Below are positions 1 to 9,316 of a DNA stretch of 64,000 nucleotides, in pieces. This DNA comes from Eubacteriales bacterium. GTDB taxonomy: Bacteria > Bacillota > Clostridia > Oscillospirales > CAG-272. The stretch lies in assembly GCA_045651985.1 (NCBI GenBank), contig JAZRTK010000016.1, forward strand, positions 341-64,340, written 5' to 3'. Position numbers and translations under genes: made by a program. Numbering within the stretch: position 1 is the stretch's first letter; each line of letters begins with the position of its first letter. A model generated the notes under the pieces. The model made no database searches, was not told where the DNA came from, and worked only from the letters and a program-made list of their open reading frames with translations.

Positions 1-639
1 ATACGTGCATCGGCGGCAATTTGTGAAATAATTGCATCTGTTACGTCGGCGGTGGAGCGGGAAGTATATATAAGGGAAGCAGCAAAGCGCATTGACGTAA
101 CTCCCGAAACCTTGAAAAACGATGTGGAAAGAGTGCGGCGCAAGATGATGCGGGAAATGCGGAAAAACGAGAGCAGCGAAGCGCTCAAAACTGTTCACCG
201 ATACGGAGATACGGTAAATCCCGACGCGGCAAAGAATGTCAAAATGTCCAGCGCTGAGGAAGCTATAATCGGTATGCTCTTGCAGTATGACGACCACCGC
301 GCGGCGGTTGCAAGCGGAAAGATCGATCTTACGCCCGATGACTTTTTCACTGATTTCGGCCGTAGAGTTTTCTCGGCGGTAATGGAGCTCGATGCGTCTG
401 AGGGAGGCTTTTCCTTCTCGCTTCTGGGCGAGAATTTCAATCCCGACGAAATGGGAAGAATGACCCGATACGTCAGAGACAGAAAGGAACTTTCGCAAAA
501 CACTCTTGAAGTTTTGCGGGAATCTGTAAATACACTAAAAAAGGAAAGACTGAGTCAAGCCGATAAAAGCGGCGACGACCCCTTTGCCGCTCTGCGGCGC
601 AAGAGGGAAGCGCTGAAGAAGAAAAAAGACGGTCAGTGA
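1..639 (+). CDS. dnaG: DNA primase DnaG, C-terminal part (5' end lies outside the window)
   Basis: Frame 1 is open from base 1 to the stop at 639. The C-terminal helicase-interaction-like region sits directly upstream of sigma-70 genes, the classic dnaG-sigA operon order. Confidence 0.75.
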   Translation: MRASAAICEIIASVTSAVEREVYIREAAKRIDVTPETLKNDVERVRRKMMREMRKNESSEALKTVHRYGDTVNPDAAKNVKMSSAEEAIIGMLLQYDDHRAAVASGKIDLTPDDFFTDFGRRVFSAVMELDASEGGFSFSLLGENFNPDEMGRMTRYVRDRKELSQNTLEVLRESVNTLKKERLSQADKSGDDPFAALRRKREALKKKKDGQ

Positions 640-659
640 CATAAGTCGAGAGGTGAATT

Positions 660-1688
660 TTGAAAAAAGAAGAAATGAAGGAAATTGAAATACCCGAGGA
701 TGCTCCCAATTCCGAGATGGGCGAGGACGTACTTGACGCCATGCTGGAGGACCTGAGAAATGAAGGCCTCGTGATCCCCGGCGGTGCCGAGGATGTTGAG
801 GGGGAGGAGGAAGTTGAAAAGTACGACACCTCCGAGCGAATGGAAAGCATGCTCGAGCAGGACGGGCTTACTATTGACGACCCCGTTCGTATGTATTTGC
901 GCGAGATAGGTCGTGTGCCGCTACTCAAAACCGAGGAGGAAAGAGAGCTGGCTATCCGCATCTCCGAAGGAGACGAGGACGCAAAGCAGGTGTTTATCAA
1001 CGCCAATCTCCGCCTTGTCGTCAGCATCGCAAAGAAGTACGTAGGGCGCGGAATGCCTTTCCTTGACTTGATCCAAGAGGGAACTTTGGGTCTGATGAAA
1101 GCGGTTGATAAGTATGACTATTCAAAGGGCTACAAATTTTCTACATATGCTACCTGGTGGATCCGCCAAGCAATTTCACGCGCGTTGGCAGAGCAGGAGA
1201 TCATTCCGGTACATATGGTCGAGACGGTGCATAAAATTGCAAAATGCTCCCGTCAGATGCAGCAGGAGCTGGGACGCGAGCCGACTGTCGAGGAGATCTC
1301 CGAGAAGATCGGTCTGACTCCCGAAAAGATCAGAGATATTCGCCGTTACTCTCAGGAACCCTTGTCTCTTGATACGCCTATCGGCGAGGAAGAGGACAGC
1401 CGTTTAGGAGATTTTATTCCTGATGATGATACGCCTTCCCCTGCCGAGGCGGCGTCGGCGCTCATGATGCGCGAGGCCATCGAGCGCGAGCTTCACACGC
1501 TTACTCCCCGAGAGGAGCAGGTAATAAAGCTCAGATACGGTCTTATTGATGGACGTGCAAGAACATTGGAAGAGGTTGGACAGGAATTTGAGATAACGCG
1601 CGAGCGTATTCGCCAGATCGAAGCGAAGGCACTTCGAAAGCTCAGAAACCACAGCCACGCAAAGAACCTCAGAGGATTTATTGACTGA
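660..1688 (+). CDS. RNA polymerase sigma-70 family factor, primary-like paralogue (divergent copy)
   Basis: Regions 1.2/2/3/4 are recognisable ([49 protein letters not shown]). TTG start at 660 lies 4 nt after GAGAGGTG; ATG at 675 is an alternative. It has [10 protein letters not shown] where primary sigmas have [13 protein letters not shown]. Confidence 0.85.
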   Translation: MKKEEMKEIEIPEDAPNSEMGEDVLDAMLEDLRNEGLVIPGGAEDVEGEEEVEKYDTSERMESMLEQDGLTIDDPVRMYLREIGRVPLLKTEEERELAIRISEGDEDAKQVFINANLRLVVSIAKKYVGRGMPFLDLIQEGTLGLMKAVDKYDYSKGYKFSTYATWWIRQAISRALAEQEIIPVHMVETVHKIAKCSRQMQQELGREPTVEEISEKIGLTPEKIRDIRRYSQEPLSLDTPIGEEEDSRLGDFIPDDDTPSPAEAASALMMREAIERELHTLTPREEQVIKLRYGLIDGRARTLEEVGQEFEITRERIRQIEAKALRKLRNHSHAKNLRGFID

Positions 1689-1713
1689 TCGGAAATAGTT
1701 GAAGGAAAAAGAG

Positions 1714-2853
1714 ATGAAAGAAATTTTGGAAAATACTGAAAATACAGAAATAAAAGAAAATAAAAAGGTAGACACCGACTACCTTATCGAAAAGGGCAAG
1801 AAGGGCAAGCTGTCTCACGCCGACATTGAGGAAGCCATGGAAGCCATGGATTTCGACATGGACAAGCTGGATAAGCTTTACGCGGATCTTGAGGAAAACG
1901 GTATCGACGTGACTCCCGAGCAGATCGCGGGTGACGATATCCGCGAGATCGAGAACGAGGTGGCGCAGTACAACAAGCCCGAGAAAATGGCAGAGCTGCT
2001 TGAATCCGAGGGACTTGCTATCGACGACCCCGTTCGTATGTATCTAAAGGAGATCGGACGCGTTCCGCTTCTCACCTTAGAGGAGGAGCTTGAGCTGGCA
2101 CAGCAAATGCGCGATGGCGGTGAACGCGCCGAGGAAGCCAAGAGCAAGCTGGTGGAAGCAAATTTGCGCCTTGTTGTCAGCATTGCAAAGCGCTATGTGG
2201 GCAAGGGAATGTTCTTTTTGGACCTTATCCAGGAGGGAAATCTTGGTCTGATGAAGGCGGTAAAGAAGTTCGACCATACCAAGGGCTACAAATTCTCCAC
2301 TTACGCTACTTGGTGGATCCGTCAGTCTATCACCCGCGCTATTGCCGATCAGGCAAGAACTATCCGAATCCCCGTTCATATGGTTGAGACTATCCACAAG
2401 GTTTCAAGATATTCAAGACAGATGATGCAGGAGCTGGGACGCGAGGCGACCGCAGAGGAAATAGGCGAGAAGATGGGCATGCAGGCGGACAAGGTCCGCG
2501 AGATCATGCGCTTCTCACAGGACCCCGTTTCCCTTGAAACTCCTATCGGCGAGGAGGAGGACAGCCACCTGGGCGACTTTATTCCCGATGAGGATACTCC
2601 CGCACCGCCCGATTCCGCTTCAACCGCAATTTTGCGTGAGGTCATAGAGAAGGAGCTTGGAACTCTTACCCCCCGTGAGGCACACGTGATCAGACTTCGC
2701 TTCGGTCTCTACGACGGCAGATGCAGAACGTTGGAGGAGGTCGGCAAGGAGTTCGACATAACACGTGAGCGTATCCGTCAGATCGAGGCAAAGGCGCTAA
2801 GAAAACTGCGCCACCCCAGCAGAGCAAGACATCTCAAGGGATTCCTTGATTGA
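1714..2853 (+). CDS. sigA: RNA polymerase primary sigma factor (RpoD/SigA type)
   Basis: Full sigma-70 signature including [19 protein letters not shown], the rpoD box YATWWIRQ and the region 4.2 HTH. I prefer ATG 1714 (GAAGGA 7 nt upstream) over the track's TTG at 1699. Confidence 0.9.
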   Translation: MKEILENTENTEIKENKKVDTDYLIEKGKKGKLSHADIEEAMEAMDFDMDKLDKLYADLEENGIDVTPEQIAGDDIREIENEVAQYNKPEKMAELLESEGLAIDDPVRMYLKEIGRVPLLTLEEELELAQQMRDGGERAEEAKSKLVEANLRLVVSIAKRYVGKGMFFLDLIQEGNLGLMKAVKKFDHTKGYKFSTYATWWIRQSITRAIADQARTIRIPVHMVETIHKVSRYSRQMMQELGREATAEEIGEKMGMQADKVREIMRFSQDPVSLETPIGEEEDSHLGDFIPDEDTPAPPDSASTAILREVIEKELGTLTPREAHVIRLRFGLYDGRCRTLEEVGKEFDITRERIRQIEAKALRKLRHPSRARHLKGFLD

Positions 2854-2880
2854 TTTTTGCATTTTGTTCACATTAGCGCC

Positions 2881-2909
2881 TTGACATTTTAGCGCATTTG
2901 GTGTAAAAT
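2881..2909 (+). promoter_or_regulatory. Sigma-A-type promoter for the solute-binding lipoprotein gene
   Basis: TTGACA (2881-2886), 17-nt spacer, TAAAAT (2904-2909). A direct repeat TTAGCGC flanks the -35. Confidence 0.5.
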
Positions 2910-2950
2910 AGAAAACGTATGATTTTAGCTTTACAATAAGGAGTCAAAAA

Positions 2951-4576
2951 ATGAAACTGAGAATTTTAAGTCTTGCACTTTGCCTTGCAATGCTCGTTTG
3001 CGCATTCGCATCCTGCGGAAAAAAGAAGGACAATGCGGACGACGTTGTTTCCGAGACCGCAACGAGAACTGCTATGACTGTCAGCATGTACGTGATATGC
3101 GAGGAAGGAACCACCGACGAGGCGGCTGATGCTGTCGAGAAGGCTATAAACTCCATGATCAAGTCCAAGTATACAACGAAGGTGGAGATCACCTATCTTA
3201 CGGCTGACGAGTATTATTCTGCGGTAGAGGCTCAGTTCGAAACCATGAAGAATAACGTAAAGGTGACCCCGGATGACGGCACGGATACAGCCGACGAGTC
3301 AGCTGAAGCCCCCGAGACGGAGGAGCTTGTTATCGGTGAGAACGGCGTTGCTGAGCTGAGATACCCCTCGCTCACACCCGGTCAGATAGATATCGTTATG
3401 ATCGATGATCATACCAAGTACTCAGAGTTCGTGAAAAACGGCTGGATCGCATCTCTTGACAGCGCTCTCAACGGCACGTACAAGAAGCTGAGCGACTATA
3501 TCTACCCCGCAACACTTGATGCGGCAAAGATCGACGGCAAGCTTTACGCTGTCCCCAATAACGGTCCTATTGCTTCAGAGGCTACTTATATCACTATTAA
3601 CCGCGAGCTGGCAAAGGAGTTCAAGCTTGATACATACGGCATGGATTCCATTGTTGATCTTGCCGATTTCCTTGCGTTTGCAGCAACGAAAGAGGGCGTG
3701 ACTCCCATTCGTAACAAGAGCGCAGAAGTTGGCGGCGTGCTTTATATGGGCGCTGATGCCGCAACTCGCGCACTTACCTCTGACTTCTCTCTTGTGGGAC
3801 AGTATGGAGAGTCTGCGACTCTGACAGCTCCCGAAAGTCTCTTTGCAAACAAGGCGTATACCAATGAGATCCTCGGTCTTGCGAAGTTTGATTTTGCAGG
3901 CTACTTTGGAAATGGCTCCAACGAGAACTACGCAGTTGAGATAAAGACGGGCGACCTTGATGCTATGTGTGCGGACAGCGAAAACAACGAGATCATCGTG
4001 CTTTCCGCAAAAGCTAAGCCCGCAAAAGAGATCTGCTCCTCTATGTTCGCAGTTTCCGCATTCTCCGACTCCGACACGTTTAACCGCGCAATGGAGGTCG
4101 TAACTTACCTTAACACCAACGAGGAATTCAGAAACCTTTTCCAGTACGGTATTGAAGGCACGAACTATATGCTTGACGAGTACACGGACGAGGTGGTCAA
4201 GCTTACAAGCGACTATAATATGGACCTTGCAAAGACAGGTAATATGTTCATCGCGTATCCCGACGCAGGAATGTCCATGAATATCTGGGAAATGGCAAAG
4301 ATGCAGAACCTTGCGACTGTTCCTTATGACCATAATATTTTCGGCGGCTTTACAGTTCCCGCTGACATTGAGGGCGAGACCCCCGTTGACTTTGATAGCG
4401 CAAAGGCGCTGGCAAAGGCTTCCGCTGAGGTCAAGGCAAAGCTTGACGCCTGCAAGACCTACGAGGAATACGAAGCTTTTGTAAACTCTGTTGCAGAAAC
4501 ATACGGCGAAGTAGTAGATAGCTTTATTACAGGTGAAAATACCCCCTGTGCGCTGTACGTTGCAAGCTTGAGCTGA
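2951..4576 (+). CDS. Extracellular solute-binding lipoprotein (ABC-transporter SBP family), orphan
   Basis: Signal peptide with lipobox LVCAFAS-C-G, size and composition typical of family-1 SBPs, AAGGAG RBS. No permease or ATPase genes are adjacent. Confidence 0.7.
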   Translation: MKLRILSLALCLAMLVCAFASCGKKKDNADDVVSETATRTAMTVSMYVICEEGTTDEAADAVEKAINSMIKSKYTTKVEITYLTADEYYSAVEAQFETMKNNVKVTPDDGTDTADESAEAPETEELVIGENGVAELRYPSLTPGQIDIVMIDDHTKYSEFVKNGWIASLDSALNGTYKKLSDYIYPATLDAAKIDGKLYAVPNNGPIASEATYITINRELAKEFKLDTYGMDSIVDLADFLAFAATKEGVTPIRNKSAEVGGVLYMGADAATRALTSDFSLVGQYGESATLTAPESLFANKAYTNEILGLAKFDFAGYFGNGSNENYAVEIKTGDLDAMCADSENNEIIVLSAKAKPAKEICSSMFAVSAFSDSDTFNRAMEVVTYLNTNEEFRNLFQYGIEGTNYMLDEYTDEVVKLTSDYNMDLAKTGNMFIAYPDAGMSMNIWEMAKMQNLATVPYDHNIFGGFTVPADIEGETPVDFDSAKALAKASAEVKAKLDACKTYEEYEAFVNSVAETYGEVVDSFITGENTPCALYVASLS

Positions 4577-4586
4577 TAAAAATAAA

Positions 4587-4618
4587 AACGGGTTGGATCG
4601 ATTCCAACCCGTTTTTAA
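4587..4618 (+). terminator. Rho-independent terminator
   Basis: AACGGGTTGGA-tcga-TCCAACCCGTT followed by a T-run. It overlaps the 5' extension of ORF 4593, which argues for the 4632 start. Confidence 0.8.
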
Positions 4619-4631
4619 AAAAGGAAGATTT

Positions 4632-5288
4632 ATGAAATATACTGATATTTTGTGGGATTTTAACGGTACTATCCTATCGGACATGGAGATAGGGATAGAG
4701 AGCGTCAACGTTCTGCTTTGCGAGAGGGGCAAAAAGCCTCTATCGGGGATCGACGAATACAGAGAGGTGTTTGGATTTCCCATTCACGAGTATTACGAGC
4801 GTATAGGCTTTGATTTTGAAGCCGAGCCATACGACGTTGTGGCACCGCTTTGGGTGGAACAATACATGAAAAGAATGCCCAAAGCCAAGGTCTTTGATGA
4901 CGTTGTCTCGGTTTCCCAAGCGTTCCGTTGCACGGGGCTGCGCCAGACGATCCTGTCTGCATCAGACCTTGATATGTTAAAGGGACAACTTGAATTTCTT
5001 GGTATTTCGGAGCTTTTTGACGGGGTTTTGGGACTTGACAATATAAAAGCTGAGAGCAAGGTGGGGATCGCCATGCATTGGAAAGACGCAAATCCCGAGT
5101 CGGTCTCCTTGCTGATCGGCGACACGGTACACGACGCACAAGTGGCGCGCGAGTGCGGATTTGACTGCATTTTGGTGGCAAGAGGCCACCAGTCAAGACC
5201 GACTCTGGAGGAAACGGGTTACCCCGTGGCAGATAACCTTTCGCAGGTACTTGAATACGTAGAAAAAGGAGACGAAAATGGAGCTTAA
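4632..5288 (+). CDS. HAD-superfamily hydrolase (phosphoglycolate phosphatase-like)
   Basis: N-terminal HAD motif I (ILWDFNGTI) and motif IV-like GDTVHD. ATG 4632 is preceded by AAGGAAG. Confidence 0.75.
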   Translation: MKYTDILWDFNGTILSDMEIGIESVNVLLCERGKKPLSGIDEYREVFGFPIHEYYERIGFDFEAEPYDVVAPLWVEQYMKRMPKAKVFDDVVSVSQAFRCTGLRQTILSASDLDMLKGQLEFLGISELFDGVLGLDNIKAESKVGIAMHWKDANPESVSLLIGDTVHDAQVARECGFDCILVARGHQSRPTLEETGYPVADNLSQVLEYVEKGDENGA

Positions 5289-6396
5289 GGATTGTAAAAA
5301 GCTGGGATTTGGCTGTATGCGCTTCCCCAAGATCGGCGAGGAGATAGATATAGATCAAGTCAAGCGTATGTTTGACATTTTCATGGACGCGGGATTTGCG
5401 TATTTTGACACGGCGCACGTTTACCACAGCGGAAAGAGCGAGTCTGTTGTAAGAGAATGTCTGACCGAGCGCTACCCCAGAGAAAAATTCATGCTGACCA
5501 CCAAGCTTTCTACATGGAACTTCGAAAAAGAGGAGGAAATCATTCCTCTCTTTGAAGAACAACTGCGCGACACGGGTGTTGAATACTTTGATTACTACCT
5601 CATGCACGCACAGGATAGAGTATGCTACGAAAAATACAAGAACTGTCGGGCGTATGAGATCGCATCAAGCTTGAAGGAGCAGGGAAAGATAAAGCACTTG
5701 GGAATTTCCTTTCACGATAATGCCGAAACATTGCGTAAAATTCTTTCCGAGCAGCCCGATGTCGAAGCGGTTCAGATACAGTTCAACTACGTTGACTATC
5801 TAAACCCCGAGGTTGACGGCAAGGGCGTTTACGAGGTGTGCCGTGAGTTTGGAAAGGATATTATCATAATGGAGCCCGTCAAGGGCGGATACCTTGCAAA
5901 TCTTCCCGATGAAGCAAAGGCGGTTTTGGCCGAGGCGGGTGATGGAAGTCCCGCATCTTACGCCGTGCGTTACGCCGCAGGCTTTGAGGGCGTGAAAATG
6001 GTGCTTTCGGGCATGAGCGACATTGCGCAAGTTCAGGACAACGTAGCCACCATGAGAGATTTCAAGCCTCTTACCGAAAAGGAACTGGAAGTTGTTGAGA
6101 AGACTCGCGACATGCTTATCGGCATGGATCGAATCGAGTGCACCGCGTGCCGCTATTGCACCGACGGCTGTCCGTCAAGCATTGCAATTCCCGACATTTT
6201 TGCGCTTTACAACTCCAAAATGTGTTACAGGAATTGGGGTACAGAGGGCGAATACGACAAGCTTACGGAAAAAGGCGGAAAGGCTTGCGACTGCATAGGC
6301 TGTACTCAGTGCGAGAGCTCTTGTCCTCAGCATCTTCCCATAATTGAGTTACTTAAAAAAGCTTCCGAAAAATACGACAACAGAGATAAGAAATGA
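5278..6396 (+). CDS. Aldo/keto reductase with C-terminal 4Fe-4S ferredoxin-type cysteine motifs
   Basis: AKR N-terminus (GFGCMRFP...DTAHVYH) and C-terminal CTACRYCTDGCP ... CIGCTQCESSCP motifs. Confidence 0.8.
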   Translation: MELKDCKKLGFGCMRFPKIGEEIDIDQVKRMFDIFMDAGFAYFDTAHVYHSGKSESVVRECLTERYPREKFMLTTKLSTWNFEKEEEIIPLFEEQLRDTGVEYFDYYLMHAQDRVCYEKYKNCRAYEIASSLKEQGKIKHLGISFHDNAETLRKILSEQPDVEAVQIQFNYVDYLNPEVDGKGVYEVCREFGKDIIIMEPVKGGYLANLPDEAKAVLAEAGDGSPASYAVRYAAGFEGVKMVLSGMSDIAQVQDNVATMRDFKPLTEKELEVVEKTRDMLIGMDRIECTACRYCTDGCPSSIAIPDIFALYNSKMCYRNWGTEGEYDKLTEKGGKACDCIGCTQCESSCPQHLPIIELLKKASEKYDNRDKK

Positions 6397-6400
6397 GGTG

Positions 6401-7153
6401 ATGCTCGTGTCGGACAAAATACAAAAAGAGCAGGGCGGTGAGATCGTCTATGAAAGCAAGCTCACTGCATGGTTTGATAACTTTTGGTATCATTACAAAT
6501 GGACCGCGATTATAGTGATCTTTGCTCTGCTTGTGGTGCTTGTCTGCACCCTGCAGACCTGCAGCAAGGAAAAGAACGACGTTAGTGTTCTATACGCCGG
6601 ACCCGAATATTTCATGTTTAACGGAGAAGGGGTTGCGAACATTGAAAGCGCCCTTGAATACGTGCTTCCCGACGGTGCGGCAGGAAAAGACGGGCAAAAA
6701 AAGGTGGCACTTGTTTACCACCAGATCTTCTCCGAGGAGGAGATAAAGGCAATAAAAGCTGAGGCAGAGAAAAACGGTGAGGAGGCTTACATTGACGCAG
6801 GCTTCAACTCCCAAAATCTCCAGGCATTTCAGAATCTTATTCTGGCGGGCGAATACTCGGTGTGCCTGTTGTCCCCTTACCTTTACGATATGGTAAGCGC
6901 GTCGGGCGGCTTCAGACTTTTATCCGATGTGTTGGGGTATACCCCCGAGGGAGCTATCGACGACACAGGCATACGCCTGTGCGACACCGCGTTCGGGCAG
7001 TATTACCCAGGGGTCAAGGAGCTGCCAAAGGACACTATTCTTTGCCTTCGCTCGGACGTAAGCGTAGGCACGTTCATGGGCGGCAAGAAGAACAAGGAGC
7101 AGTATGAAAAATCGGAAATGCTTTTCCGCGCCATACTTGAATTTGAAGAATAA
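6401..7153 (+). CDS. Membrane-anchored hypothetical protein
   Basis: One N-terminal TM helix (WTAIIVIFALLVVLVCTL). Start placed at ATG 6401 or GTG 6407 after GAGGTG; the track's 6344 start overlaps the upstream gene. Confidence 0.6.
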   Translation: MLVSDKIQKEQGGEIVYESKLTAWFDNFWYHYKWTAIIVIFALLVVLVCTLQTCSKEKNDVSVLYAGPEYFMFNGEGVANIESALEYVLPDGAAGKDGQKKVALVYHQIFSEEEIKAIKAEAEKNGEEAYIDAGFNSQNLQAFQNLILAGEYSVCLLSPYLYDMVSASGGFRLLSDVLGYTPEGAIDDTGIRLCDTAFGQYYPGVKELPKDTILCLRSDVSVGTFMGGKKNKEQYEKSEMLFRAILEFEE

Positions 7154-7183
7154 AAATTGCGAGGCTTAGCCTCGCAATTTTTA
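7152..7183. terminator. Bidirectional rho-independent terminator between convergent genes
   Basis: AAAA-ATTGCGAGGC-tta-GCCTCGCAAT-TTTT. Confidence 0.8.
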
Positions 7184-7981
7184 TTAGAATCTGCCGCTTG
7201 AGCTTCTACCGCCGCTGACTCCCCGACCTGAAGAACTGTTTGATTGGGGCTTTGGGGTCTTTGTCACCGTTCTGTAAAGGAAGCGGTCGCTTGAGACCCG
7301 TATGGAAAGACTGCCGTGCACTACGTAATCGGTGGCATAGTTCTGACTTTTTACAGTCTTCATTCCTCTTTGCATAATGAGCATGGAAATAAGACCGAGC
7401 AGAAGTCCTAAAACAACGCAGATGACGTAATGTGATAGGGGGCGGTTGCCCTCTGTGACGATCACTGTGCCGTCGTCGGATATTTCGACATCAGGCGCAA
7501 AATCGTCTCCGCCGTATATCTTGCCCGTGTCGTTGTATTCCTTTATGGCATTTGCGCTCAGTCTCGCAAAAATGCAGAAAGCGGTGTAGTATTCACCGTC
7601 GCTTAGATAGGGCAGGAATGCTTCTTCAATGTAATCAAGACCGCGATCGTCGATGGCGTACTCGACCTGACCGCACTTTGTCAGGCAGTATTCTCTGGTG
7701 TCCATGGACACAAGTAAAAGTATGCCGTCGGTCATAAGCCCACCGTCGCAGAGTGCCTCGGTGTATGACTCAATGTTGTTTCCTATGTAGTAGTCGACGG
7801 TCTTTATCGCAATTCCCGATCCAACCTCGTCGCTATACTCCTCAAGAAGCTGTGACAGGTCTGATTCTTCGGCTAAGGTCAAAAGGTCTGCGTCGTCCGT
7901 CAGAAAACTTTGCGCCCAGGCAGTAAGGGAAAGTGAGATGATGAGCGTTATCACAAGGATAGCTGAAAACAGTTTTTTCAT
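7184..7981 (-). CDS. TPM-domain membrane protein (YdjH/YgcG-like)
   Basis: Signal peptide, TPM-type domain, a C-terminal TM helix and a Gly/Ser/Arg-rich tail (SSSGRGVSGGRSSSGRF). ATG 7981 is preceded by GAGGTG. Confidence 0.75.
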   Translation of the reverse strand: MKKLFSAILVITLIISLSLTAWAQSFLTDDADLLTLAEESDLSQLLEEYSDEVGSGIAIKTVDYYIGNNIESYTEALCDGGLMTDGILLLVSMDTREYCLTKCGQVEYAIDDRGLDYIEEAFLPYLSDGEYYTAFCIFARLSANAIKEYNDTGKIYGGDDFAPDVEISDDGTVIVTEGNRPLSHYVICVVLGLLLGLISMLIMQRGMKTVKSQNYATDYVVHGSLSIRVSSDRFLYRTVTKTPKPQSNSSSGRGVSGGRSSSGRF

Positions 7982-7991
7982 ATTCGACACC

Positions 7992-9062
7992 TCACAACAA
8001 GTGCATAATAAGCACTGCCGCCGCGGTGAAAATACCCGCGAACAGAGCAAACCACCTCACCCATGCACCCTTGTCAATGGGCAGATTTCCAACAAACTTG
8101 CCCGTCTGACCGTTCATGGCAAAAACGTACTTTTTATCTCTCCAAGTGGTGTTCAGAAGCCACACGGGGTAGAGTGCATATTTTGCATGCGCGTCCTCAA
8201 GTGACACGCCGCTTGACTGCGTTACAAGCGTTGCATACCCGTGAATCGTTTGTCTGAATTCCGCCTCAGTGGAGGCTTTTATTCTTTCGTTTGCACGCTT
8301 TGAACAGCTTTCGCTTGAAACGTCGTATCGGTCGGCGAAAAAGCCTGACAGATATGCGGTCTTGAAATCCACTGCGTCCGAAATATTGAAGGGCTCAAGT
8401 GATTCCATGAGTTCATTGTCCATGCGTTTCGAGCCGTCGACCGGCACGTTCCGAAAGCCCAATTTTCCCGCTCTGCGGATAGCATAATGTGATGTGACGG
8501 TGTAATTGTACTTACTGTCACTCCAAAAACGGGTCTTTGTTCCGCGGTAAGTAATATCTCCGTCAGCCGTTGCGCTGAAAAGCCAGAAGGGAACGTATAT
8601 CCCCTTTATCTCGTCTATGTGGTTTTCCGATCTAAAGACCTTGGGGAGCAGCTTTTTGCCCGACAGATGCTTTAAATACGCCGCCTTTGCCGCGTCGCGG
8701 TCGAGCTTGAAGGGAATAACGTAGTCGGGGCGCAATTCTCCGACAAATCGGCTCTTCATCACAACGGGATTGTCGCAGAACGGGCAGAACGTAGCAACGG
8801 TAACATCTCCTCCGACAATTTCTCCGCCGCAGGATTTGCACACGAAAATATTTATGCCTGCGGACTCATCATCGTCTATCCTCGTGTCGGATCTTGACCA
8901 CTCCATGTAATCTTCCTTGGTCTTCAGTTCTTTTTCAAGACCGTCCATGGCGTCAACGTCAAACTCCGTGTCGCAATAGGGACACTTCATATTCTGTTCT
9001 TTTGCGTTGAACTCCACCGACGCTCCGCAGCTTGGGCATTTGTATTCAAGTAATTGGCTCAT
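7992..9062 (-). CDS. Zinc-ribbon membrane protein (YdjG-like)
   Basis: Two CxxC...CxxC ribbons (CPSCG...CPYCD; CKSCGG...CPFCD) and a C-terminal TM helix. GGAGGA RBS. Confidence 0.7.
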   Translation of the reverse strand: MSQLLEYKCPSCGASVEFNAKEQNMKCPYCDTEFDVDAMDGLEKELKTKEDYMEWSRSDTRIDDDESAGINIFVCKSCGGEIVGGDVTVATFCPFCDNPVVMKSRFVGELRPDYVIPFKLDRDAAKAAYLKHLSGKKLLPKVFRSENHIDEIKGIYVPFWLFSATADGDITYRGTKTRFWSDSKYNYTVTSHYAIRRAGKLGFRNVPVDGSKRMDNELMESLEPFNISDAVDFKTAYLSGFFADRYDVSSESCSKRANERIKASTEAEFRQTIHGYATLVTQSSGVSLEDAHAKYALYPVWLLNTTWRDKKYVFAMNGQTGKFVGNLPIDKGAWVRWFALFAGIFTAAAVLIMHLL

Positions 9063-9097
9063 GAGTTGTCCTCCGAGTTTTACCTTATCTTTCGGTG

Positions 9098-9316
9098 TCA
9101 GGGTCTCTTTGAACCGCAGTTTGTGCAGAATTTACCCTCGTTTACAGTACCGCAAGCGCAGGTCCAGCCCGACTCGGGCTTCCTTGCGCCACACTCGGAG
9201 CAGAATTTACCCTCGTTTACCTTGCCGCAAGTACAAGTCCAACCCGCTTCGGGCTTCTTTGCACCGCATTCGGTGCAGAACTTGCCTGTGTTTGCCGCGC
9301 CGCAATCGCACTTCCA
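9098..9316 (-). repeat. 3 x 75-bp in-frame tandem repeat encoding zinc-ribbon modules
   Basis: GCAGAA(T/C)TT recurs at 9125, 9200 and 9275 (period 75 bp = 25 aa). Confidence 0.85.

Noticed and set aside
3575-4783. 402-aa ORF on the minus strand
   Set aside because: It lies entirely antisense to the well-supported SBP gene and the HAD start. The translation is Cys/Val/Leu/His-rich with no motifs and no RBS, which is typical of a shadow ORF.
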